Shown one piece after another: positions 56,047-63,373 of a stretch of 64,000 nt of DNA (positions within the stretch are counted from its first letter, which is position 1; each line of letters begins with the position of its first letter). This DNA comes from a virus (taxonomy: Duplodnaviria; Caudoviricetes). The stretch lies in the IMG/VR virus record IMGVR_UViG_3300031088_000008, positions 256,001 to 320,000 of that record; one strand, 5' to 3'. The notes below the pieces were generated by a model. That model saw only the letters and a program-made list of their open reading frames with translations, was not told the origin of the DNA and did not search any database. A program made the position numbers and the translations under genes.

Positions 56047-56466
56047 TTAGCGGCAGTCGCGAGTCAGAGCGCGTCCTGCAAGTGCGCCGCCACCGGCACC
56101 AACGACGGTACCAAGAGTGCGGTCGCCCCTGCTGTCAACGGTACGTCCCAGCAGACCACCGGCGATTGCACCCATAACAGTACCCGTGGTACCATTGTTG
56201 CAACGCTGGTTGAAGCGGTTGTCGTAACGGCGGTCGTAACGATTGGTGCGGCTGTTCCAACCGCGCTGATCGTAATAGCGACGATCATTGTAGCGACGGT
56301 CGTGACGGTCATAGCGATTGTCATAACGGCCATTGTTGTAACGGCTGTCATAACGCTGGTCATAACGCGAACCGTTCCAACCCCACTGGTTGTAATGCTG
56401 TGCCGAAGCGGCAACTGGCATACCCAGGGTTGCGATTGCGGCGATAGCCATAATCAGTTTCTTCAT
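56047..56466 (-). CDS. glycine-zipper 2TM surface protein with Arg/Tyr/Asp repeats
   Basis: Signal peptide, RYD repeats, CNNGTTG...GAIAGGLLG...GTVVGAGGGALAG. Confidence 0.88.
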   Translation of the reverse strand: MKKLIMAIAAIATLGMPVAASAQHYNQWGWNGSRYDQRYDSRYNNGRYDNRYDRHDRRYNDRRYYDQRGWNSRTNRYDRRYDNRFNQRCNNGTTGTVMGAIAGGLLGRTVDSRGDRTLGTVVGAGGGALAGRALTRDCR

Positions 56467-56519
56467 AAGAATTACTCCTTTTTCTCAAATTACTTAGCTT
56501 TCTTATACACTTTTGATCC

Positions 56520-56535
56520 TTAACCAGGAATTAAC
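56520..56535. promoter_or_regulatory. CtrA-box match (TTAA-N7-TTAAC)
   Basis: TTAACCAGGAATTAAC in the divergent intergenic region. Confidence 0.5.
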
Positions 56536-56632
56536 CCTGGTGCAAAACACAAGAAAAAGAGACATTTAGAGCAATCTTTTTCATGGAAATAAGAATATTG
56601 AAGCGGAAAGCGTTGTTCTGTATAAGGGAGGA

Positions 56633-56920
56633 GTAGGCAGGAATGCTTGCAGACTAGAGACGCCCTACTAAGTGGGCACCGACTGCCGGGCTTACGAGGC
56701 AGCGTTGGAAGGCGTACGATAACAAGCCGGGTGGTCAGGATCTACCGATCAATCCTGGGTCAGCGGGCCGTTACTGTTTGGTCCGCGAGTTGGCGACACT
56801 CTAAATGTCGCAGTGGTTGTTGGACCACTCTAAAACTGTAAACCAACGCGGGGAAATCCGCTGGGGTGTCATAGCCCCGAGGGGAGGGCACTGGTCTAGT
56901 CAACCAAACGCTCTCCCCAG
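56633..56920 (+). ncRNA. large structured ncRNA (5' domain)
   Basis: TTGAAG-17-TATAAG promoter at 56598-56626; at least 8 consecutive hairpins; no credible ORF. Confidence 0.6.
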
Positions 56921-56926
56921 ATTATT

Positions 56927-57019
56927 GGAGGAGCCGCCTTATTGGTAGGGGCGCTCTCGCATATTGGGCAGGCGTAACCAGCGAGAGAGTGAAGCGGGGT
57001 TCGAATCCCCGTCCCTCCA
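56927..57019 (+). tRNA. tRNA-like element with non-canonical anticodon arm
   Basis: Acceptor GGAGGAG/TCCCTCC-A (one mismatch), D-loop TTGGT, 7-bp stem CTCTCGC/GCGAGAG enclosing 20 nt, T arm CGGGG-TTCGAAT-CCCCG, then a T-run. Confidence 0.65.
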
Positions 57020-57031
57020 CTTTTTTATTGA

Positions 57032-57355
57032 TTATGCGCGGAAGTCTTCCTGCGGCGCAAAGCCATTGGTGTGATCACTGGAGACCTGAACCGTCAGGAG
57101 CACCTCGGGATCGTGGAAGTTGGGTTCCTCGCTGGTGGTCAGATGGGCAGACCAAGTCTGGTCCATTATCTGATACTTGTAGCCGTTGAGAAAGATGAAC
57201 TTTCCCACGTCGGGAACGTGGCTCATGGGGATTGCACCCAGGGAGACAAAGCGTTCCGGCTGGACTCGACCCAGGCCTTCCTGCGCGGCCACTTCCTCAT
57301 TGCATTCCAGCCAGGTCTTTTCCCGCCGGAAGTTGACGATGATGTAGCTGTCCAT
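57032..57355 (-). CDS. hypothetical protein
   Basis: Operon position. Confidence 0.65.
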   Translation of the reverse strand: MDSYIIVNFRREKTWLECNEEVAAQEGLGRVQPERFVSLGAIPMSHVPDVGKFIFLNGYKYQIMDQTWSAHLTTSEEPNFHDPEVLLTVQVSSDHTNGFAPQEDFRA

Positions 57356-57356
57356 G

Positions 57357-57566
57357 TTAGGAAGCGTAGCCTGGATTCACAGCCGCGCTGAGCTCCTGCG
57401 AGCTATCAAAGCCCATCTGGTAATCCTTGGTACCATCCCAGTATGCGTCGAGCATCTCGAGATGACCTTCCCCAAAGTAACGAAGGCCATCGAGGCGACC
57501 CTGTTGGAACTGGGCCTGGCTGGTTGGCGTATAGCTTGCGATCTGCGTGTTCATAGTATTCAGCAT
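57357..57566 (-). CDS. small hypothetical protein
   Basis: F.QG..DG...Y..GF pattern. Confidence 0.6.
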   Translation of the reverse strand: MLNTMNTQIASYTPTSQAQFQQGRLDGLRYFGEGHLEMLDAYWDGTKDYQMGFDSSQELSAAVNPGYAS

Positions 57567-57585
57567 ATTGAAGTTCCCCTAGCTG

Positions 57586-57876
57586 TCAAGCTTCATCCCA
57601 AATGTTGTTGCCTGCGCGGTCGGTTGTAAAGGTCCCAAAGCCCCAGTGAAACCGGATACGATCCCATTCCTGGGGAATTGGACGATCGTCTTCACGACGG
57701 TTTGGACGGTTTGCAGCCATTTCCCGCGCGGACTTCATCAGGTCATCGGGCTTGACAAAGCGCGGATCGGACCAGGGAAGCTGGAAGGATCCTACTTCAT
57801 TTCCCTTTAGAAAAAGCGTTACCTTTGTTGGTCGCTTGTGATCTGAGTCTCTACGTCCACGCGACATACACTGCAC
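57586..57876 (-). CDS. hypothetical protein
   Basis: Promoter cassette, AGGAG. Confidence 0.65.
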   Translation of the reverse strand: MQCMSRGRRDSDHKRPTKVTLFLKGNEVGSFQLPWSDPRFVKPDDLMKSAREMAANRPNRREDDRPIPQEWDRIRFHWGFGTFTTDRAGNNIWDEA

Positions 57877-57947
57877 TCCTGTTCTTCCTCCTCTCTAATA
57901 GACTGCAAACCAGTGTTGTTCAACCAGTTATTTCAGTCAGACATAGA

Positions 57948-57975
57948 AAAGGGTGGGAGTTTCCTCCCACCCTTT
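57948..57975 (-). terminator. intrinsic (possibly bidirectional) terminator
   Basis: AAAGGGTGGGAG-GAAA-CTCCCACCCTTTT. Confidence 0.85.
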
Positions 57976-57992
57976 AATCCAGCGTTGAACGC

Positions 57993-58286
57993 TTAGGCGA
58001 CCTTGGCGGTCGGCCCACGGCCCTGGTGACCCGGGGTCAGGGCGAACCAGCCGTACTTGTCGGCGCGCAGCCCATAGTTACCGGCCGTCAGTTCCATGCC
58101 CTCGAGCTCGACCTTGCCGGCGTTCGACATCTCGACCAGACGCTCGGTCTTGGGGAGATTGACCGGCTTGGCGCGGCCCGTGGGGCGGATGAACATCACG
58201 CCGTCGACCAGCTTGGCGCGGATCTTGCCGTTGGTCGAGAACTTGTCCTGCGAACGGGCCGCAGCGTTGAGAGTGATTGTGGTCAT
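57993..58286 (-). CDS. KYGW-family protein (paralog 3)
   Basis: LNAAA...KIRAKLVDGVMFIRPT..VNLPKTE...YGLRADKYGWFALT. Confidence 0.8.
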   Translation of the reverse strand: MTTITLNAAARSQDKFSTNGKIRAKLVDGVMFIRPTGRAKPVNLPKTERLVEMSNAGKVELEGMELTAGNYGLRADKYGWFALTPGHQGRGPTAKVA

Positions 58287-58546
58287 AATTCGATCTACCT
58301 TCCTATCTGTTCACACTTCATTGACTACAGCAGGATGCCGGAGCCCTGTTGTGAACAGTAAGTGCCCTGTTCACAGCCAGAACATAGTAGGGCAAAACCT
58401 AACGTCAACCTATAATTTGTATGTCTTGCGGATTTACAGGCACCATTCTTACAAGTCAATGGCTTTTTTCGCAGATCTCTGCGGTTTATGCTGTTGACTT
58501 TTTCTAAAAATTTCTTGCTCCTTACTACAGATGTTGTACGTTATCC

Positions 58547-59062
58547 ATGCAAAAGAGCAGGTTAAAAGCAGGTAAAGATATGGTAGAGCAGAGCCTCCCA
58601 ACACTAATGGATGCCTCAAACGACGAGGAATTCACTGCCAAGACCATTAAGCATGCCAAGTATTTTACGATCATCCGTTACGTGAGGGGCGGTTATCGTA
58701 TTGGTAGAAGTAATCACGAACGCCATGAACGACCAACACTGGAAGAGGCACGTGAGCTTGCGGGCGTCTTGAGAGCAGAGGAACCCGCCAATTCAGTGAT
58801 CATCTATGCCGTGGCGGATTTCATTGGAGCGCATGGGTTTAGTCGCCCCGTGGAGTTCTTTCCCAAGAAGGAATACGTGACCCGTGGTGATCGTGAGAAG
58901 ATTGCCAAAGCTGAGCGTGCGGCTGCTAGGGAAAAGGCCCGAGAGGTCAGGGCTGCACTGAAACCTGCAAAGCCTACTAAAAAGGTAGCTGAAGCGCCGG
59001 AAACACTTCAAGAGGGCTTTTGGGACGCCGACACTGCCCTAGCTTACATCACCGACGATTAA
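58547..59062 (+). CDS. basic hypothetical protein
   Basis: Divergent from an AT-rich promoter region. Confidence 0.65.
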   Translation: MQKSRLKAGKDMVEQSLPTLMDASNDEEFTAKTIKHAKYFTIIRYVRGGYRIGRSNHERHERPTLEEARELAGVLRAEEPANSVIIYAVADFIGAHGFSRPVEFFPKKEYVTRGDREKIAKAERAAAREKAREVRAALKPAKPTKKVAEAPETLQEGFWDADTALAYITDD

Positions 59063-59427
59063 CTCTTGCTGAGCTTCTCAGCCGCACGCCACTCTCGGCG
59101 GAGTTTCATCATTTCGTCCTTGTGAGCCTGTGTCAGCAGACCTTGCTCACTTAGGCTCTTGCAATTTACCATTGCAGTCTGGTAGCGAATGTAGAGTGTA
59201 TGGACCAGGGTGTCTTCCTCGTTGGGTTCACCCTCAAGTCGCATACCAGAGCTCTTGATGATCTCATGCCAGGGCTGTCCCTTGAGGTGTTCACCAAGGA
59301 GTCCTGCATCAATGATATGCTGAAAGCCGTCGCACATCTTCATGTCGGCCGCAGGACCAATATCCTGCAGGGTCAGTGCCACTCCGCCGATGATGATAAA
59401 GATGTGGTCGTCAACGTTCTTTGCCAT
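59059..59427 (-). CDS. hypothetical protein
   Basis: AGGTG RBS. Confidence 0.6.
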   Translation of the reverse strand: MAKNVDDHIFIIIGGVALTLQDIGPAADMKMCDGFQHIIDAGLLGEHLKGQPWHEIIKSSGMRLEGEPNEEDTLVHTLYIRYQTAMVNCKSLSEQGLLTQAHKDEMMKLRREWRAAEKLSKS

Positions 59428-59475
59428 CGTTCACCTAAATTGACCTCTGGGGCACTCTGGAAGTAAACTGACAGT

Positions 59476-59808
59476 ATGTCAAGCGAAACCAGTCTCACCA
59501 GTATTTACGTCATCGGTCCTGCGGAAGGACCATATAAGATTGGCTACAGCGGCAACCCCAGCCACCGTTTGTCCACTTTGCAAGTGGGAACCACGGACTT
59601 TCTGCACCTCCACTACAGAGAGGAAACAGAGACCAGCAAGGCCAAAGTGATCGAAAAGCTGATCCACCGGCAACTGGGGCACAAGAGGATCCGTGGGGAG
59701 TGGTTTAACGTCACACTTGACGAAGCGATCTCCGAGGTCAAGTTCGCCTTTATCCGTTGGGAAGACGAACCTGCCTTGGAGTTCCGCTTTAAGCGCCGGC
59801 TACTTTAG
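59476..59808 (+). CDS. GIY-YIG / T5orf172-like protein
   Basis: IYVIG, YKIGYS.NP..RL..LQ.G, EK.IH..L...R.RGEWF. Confidence 0.88.
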   Translation: MSSETSLTSIYVIGPAEGPYKIGYSGNPSHRLSTLQVGTTDFLHLHYREETETSKAKVIEKLIHRQLGHKRIRGEWFNVTLDEAISEVKFAFIRWEDEPALEFRFKRRLL

Positions 59809-60284
59809 GCGGCCAGAACCTTGTTGATGGTTGCGCTGGCCTTGCCCTTGTCCAGCGTGGCGCCGAACACGGCGACCAGGTGCTTCATCAGCATACCCAC
59901 CACGCCCTTGGGACGCTCGCCCATCGTGTTGAGTGCGGCCTCGATTTCACCGCGAATCTCGTCCTCGCTGGGCTGCTTCGGCATCAGCGACTCCAGGATC
60001 TCCAGCTCACGAAGGCTCTTGGCGTCCGTGGGCACGAGCGCCAGGGTGTCCCGGACTTGCTTGATGCCCTTTTGAACAGCCGCGATGGCGTCCTGCTCAT
60101 CGGCCTTGACCGTCGAGAAGTCCACACTGCGCTGATCTTCCGGCAGCTTTGCCTGTTCCTTGATCAGGCGATCCTTGGCATTCGCCGTCGCCAGAGCCTG
60201 GATGCCCTGAAACGAGCCGGCCAGTGGATCACGAGCCTTTCGCAGTTCGAGGGTTTTGGCGTTCAGCGCCACGAGAATGCTCAC
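59805..60284 (-). CDS. GatB/YqeY domain protein
   Basis: ELEILESLMPKQ.SE.EI, G.LMK.L...D...S. Confidence 0.8.
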   Translation of the reverse strand: MSILVALNAKTLELRKARDPLAGSFQGIQALATANAKDRLIKEQAKLPEDQRSVDFSTVKADEQDAIAAVQKGIKQVRDTLALVPTDAKSLRELEILESLMPKQPSEDEIRGEIEAALNTMGERPKGVVGMLMKHLVAVFGATLDKGKASATINKVLAA

Positions 60285-60763
60285 CGGGTGTCTCCTTTGT
60301 AGTGGACGCTTACGTTAGCGCCAACTGTACCATACAGGCTTTGGAGCATAGAGCAAGCGGATTCTACCTGTTCTTTCTTCCTGAATTGCTTGGCCTGATC
60401 TGCACTATCGACCAGCATGGGAAGGGAACGTCCCGTGAACTCCTGTTTGACAACCTTCTCAACGCGCTTTCGTGGCTCAGCATATTTGGGAAGAGATCCC
60501 TTTTGCTGATCGCGCTCAAGGCGAGATCCTCGTGGACCGCGACTGCGCGAGCTCCACCAGTATTGGCGCACTTGATATTGGCGATAGCCTTCGGTCTTTC
60601 GACCATCTTTTTCAAAGTAAGTCAGCGGGCGCTCATCGCGAGGATCGCTGAGAACTTCCACTTGCTCAATCTGCTGTCCGCCGTAGAAGCGTGAGCCCAC
60701 CTTGATGTAAAAGTAGGAACCTCGGGGCAGCTTCTCACTGGCTTTGAGGTCGCCGGGCTTCAT
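60281..60763 (-). CDS. basic hypothetical protein
   Basis: ATGA overlaps. Confidence 0.65.
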   Translation of the reverse strand: MKPGDLKASEKLPRGSYFYIKVGSRFYGGQQIEQVEVLSDPRDERPLTYFEKDGRKTEGYRQYQVRQYWWSSRSRGPRGSRLERDQQKGSLPKYAEPRKRVEKVVKQEFTGRSLPMLVDSADQAKQFRKKEQVESACSMLQSLYGTVGANVSVHYKGDTR

Positions 60764-61050
60764 CGTGTCAGCGTTTCGCTGTTGACAATCTCAAAGCCCT
60801 CTGGGCCTTCATCGCACCAGAGGATCGTGGCAAAGCGGTCACCCATCACCAGAAAGGTGTGAGTGGATCCAATATCCTCTGGATCGTCGCATGAGGAAAA
60901 CTGCACGTCATCGCCAACCTTATGGGCGTTGCTGACTGGCAGGTCGAACGTGAAGCCGTCTTCAAACTGGCCCCACGCGACACCGTCTTGGATTCGGGAG
61001 ATTTTCCCTTTGCCCAAGATCTGGCCGCTGCTTTCGGATTCCTCTAACAT
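60760..61050 (-). CDS. hypothetical protein
   Basis: Leaderless start after promoter. Confidence 0.6.
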   Translation of the reverse strand: MLEESESSGQILGKGKISRIQDGVAWGQFEDGFTFDLPVSNAHKVGDDVQFSSCDDPEDIGSTHTFLVMGDRFATILWCDEGPEGFEIVNSETLTR

Positions 61051-61081
61051 AGTGACATTATGGGCTCTGGAGCCCAGCTTG

Positions 61082-61312
61082 TCAATAAGTGTTAGTGCGG
61101 GCGTTCCAAATATCGACCATCACGTCCCAGAGGGTTTCCGTTGGGTCACCATGCTCCGCATAGTAGGCTGCGAGCTGGGGGTCATCGGTGTCTCGGAGCC
61201 AATCTAGATAATGCTGCTCGGCAGTCTTGCTGGACTGATAGGCCCAACCAAGTAGAAAGACGCCTGAGGAGATCGCGATCTCGAATACAACGATCATCTG
61301 CAACAAAGTCAT
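61082..61312 (-). CDS. small membrane protein
   Basis: N-terminal TM. Confidence 0.6.
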   Translation of the reverse strand: MTLLQMIVVFEIAISSGVFLLGWAYQSSKTAEQHYLDWLRDTDDPQLAAYYAEHGDPTETLWDVMVDIWNARTNTY

Positions 61313-61351
61313 CAGCGTCCCTTACCCTTATCAGCGCATCTTATGGCAAAC

Positions 61352-61666
61352 TCACGCGCCAGTCAATAACGGATACTGGCGTCCCTCAACATAAGCCAGT
61401 TTTGCCTGCAAGTCGTCGCGATTGTTTTCCACCCAGCAGTAGAGCATCATCACGTATTCGTAATGGGCAACCAGAGGCCCAATATCCTCGGGCCACATGT
61501 CATTGGCTGCACGGTTCATGGTGATCATGTCCGTGATGATGCCCCATCGGTCCGTTCGACCACGAAGCCACTTGAGTGCGCTTTCGCGACATACCAGGGA
61601 AAACCCCTGGAAGTCCTTGTAGGTCTTCACAGGGGCCGGCCCATCACTGAACGTCCAGGGGATCAA
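61352..61666 (-). CDS. hypothetical protein
   Basis: Overlaps the stop of the 2H gene. Confidence 0.6.
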   Translation of the reverse strand: MIPWTFSDGPAPVKTYKDFQGFSLVCRESALKWLRGRTDRWGIITDMITMNRAANDMWPEDIGPLVAHYEYVMMLYCWVENNRDDLQAKLAYVEGRQYPLLTGA

Positions 61667-62409
61667 ACAAAATAGTCCTTGCCAAACGTCAAGTGCAGGT
61701 TCCAGTTCGTGGGGATGTCAAACTCCTCACGGATCTGGCGCAGCTTGGGAGCGTTCACGACAATGAACCAGTGAGTTGCCTTCCGATCCCCAGTGGTGTC
61801 GCCGGTGTAGCGAACCTCAGGAGTGTAGGTGAACTCAACCACCTCATTCTCATACTTGCCCCACAGTGCGTTACGCTCCGCCTTGGGAACATCCAGCATG
61901 TCGTTGACGCCACGAGTGATCGTGATGTGCGGAGTGTGGCTGGGAGCCTGCAGACCAAAGCCCGGCTCCATCGTGATGTTCATCAACTCCCGGTTGACCC
62001 ACCAGCGATAGTACCGTGCGATCTCAGGATCCACGTTGGCAACCGCCCAGTAGTGATACTGATTGCGGTAGCGCGCCATACGCTCCAGCGTGGAACGATA
62101 CTCCTGTCCACCCTTGGCGTTGAGGAGCACCTTTGCGAGCTTTCGACCCGCAAGCTGTGCCTCGACCACGTCGGCTTCCGTATAAGCGTCCTTGATAGCA
62201 CGGAGCGCATCGTCGAGCACAAATCCATCGTTACCGCGCAACGTGAACTTGTCAACGTCCAGCTGGTTTACGGCGAAATTGTGGAACTCACTGGCCACCC
62301 GATCCTCACGCTTTGCCAGTGCGGCGTTGCGGTTGGGTTCATAGTGGATCGTGCCTCGTCCCACGAGGGTTCCTGCTGGCCGGGCCAAAAGAGTGGTGCG
62401 CTTCGTCAT
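61663..62409 (-). CDS. 2H phosphoesterase superfamily protein
   Basis: Two HxT motifs, PHITI and LHLTF, ~75 aa apart. Confidence 0.7.
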   Translation of the reverse strand: MTKRTTLLARPAGTLVGRGTIHYEPNRNAALAKREDRVASEFHNFAVNQLDVDKFTLRGNDGFVLDDALRAIKDAYTEADVVEAQLAGRKLAKVLLNAKGGQEYRSTLERMARYRNQYHYWAVANVDPEIARYYRWWVNRELMNITMEPGFGLQAPSHTPHITITRGVNDMLDVPKAERNALWGKYENEVVEFTYTPEVRYTGDTTGDRKATHWFIVVNAPKLRQIREEFDIPTNWNLHLTFGKDYFV

Positions 62410-62488
62410 GCACCATCAGTAACACCAGTGTTCCTCTTGTCAACACCAGACATGGAAAGAGCGGAAGTTTCCTCCCGCTCCAACCACT

Positions 62489-62851
62489 TTACGCTGCTTC
62501 GACGAACAGGCCCTTGGAGTGGTTCCAATCGTAAGCCTTGCCGCCCATACGGAGCGCAACCAGGGCCTCCAGGTTGATGTTGCGGAAAGCGCCCTTTTCC
62601 ATTTCATCGGCGCTCTTGCCCTTGTTGCTTTCCCGGCTGGGGTCCAGCTTCTGCATGTCATATACAGTCAGGAGGTTCTTGGCCTTGGGGTCATATGCCT
62701 GCCCCACGCCCTTGACTCCCTTCTTCACACCACGCCGTGCCGACATGGTGCGAAGAGAGTTGTCAGTCCGCTTGACGAAGTCGATGGAGAAGATCTGACC
62801 CTTGTTGGTCGCTTCGATGAACTGCTCCAGAGTCAGCTGCGCTTTTGCCAC
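62489..62851 (-). CDS. SH3/Sm-like beta-barrel (WYL_2-like) protein
   Basis: FSIDFVKRTD.S.R.M...LTVYDM...FR.I. Confidence 0.65.
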   Translation of the reverse strand: MAKAQLTLEQFIEATNKGQIFSIDFVKRTDNSLRTMSARRGVKKGVKGVGQAYDPKAKNLLTVYDMQKLDPSRESNKGKSADEMEKGAFRNINLEALVALRMGGKAYDWNHSKGLFVEAA

Positions 62852-62913
62852 TTACGATCTCCATGCTTAATTGATACATATCAATAGCGCGGAAACCAAA
62901 AGCTGTCAACCGA

Positions 62914-63354
62914 CTATTTTGACTTTCTTGCTTCCTTTCGTGCAGTCATGCGTCCCAGGGCTTTTGCCAGACCCACTGGCTTCCGCGTCTTGATGCCTTT
63001 GATCAGACTGCTGGAACGGGTGGCTGTCCGGAGCCGACTCTTGCTGGGAGCCTGTTTGGCCGGCATGACGATCTGGTCTTTGCCCTCTGGATTGATACGC
63101 TCAATACGATTACTTCCCTGTGGAGCAATAGTCAGCTCGTGCCCGCAGGCGTTGAGCATTGCACGAACTGTTGCCAGCTGCGGAAACATAGTTTCCTTGT
63201 GGAGCCACTTGCTTGTGGTCTGCGGCGTTGGTCCGCCGTTCTCATGAACGCGCTTGAAGCTTTGCCCACTATTGATGACCACTGCCACGCAGTCATCGCG
63301 TATATCTTCCAAACTTGCCAGCGGCTGACGTTTGATTGGTGTCTTACGCTTCAT
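62914..63354 (-). CDS. XRE-like helix-turn-helix protein with basic tail
   Basis: TTSKW...T..PQL.TV..ML.A.G.EL.I; AAGGAGATCGAA. Confidence 0.6.
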   Translation of the reverse strand: MKRKTPIKRQPLASLEDIRDDCVAVVINSGQSFKRVHENGGPTPQTTSKWLHKETMFPQLATVRAMLNACGHELTIAPQGSNRIERINPEGKDQIVMPAKQAPSKSRLRTATRSSSLIKGIKTRKPVGLAKALGRMTARKEARKSK

Positions 63355-63373
63355 TTCGATCTCCTTGGTTGAC

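Noticed and set aside
56626-57019. Firm tmRNA call
   Set aside because: Size and a possible G-U acceptor pair fit, but no tag ORF ending in Ala-Ala-stop was found and the 5' end would overlap the -10 box; kept only as an alternative
56927-57019. Canonical decoding tRNA or tRNA-Sec
   Set aside because: No 7-nt anticodon loop, an acceptor mismatch and no encoded CCA; no amino acid can be assigned
58359-58369. AGGGCACTTAC on the - strand matching the tandem repeat unit
   Set aside because: A single 11-nt match is plausible by chance in 64 kb on two strands
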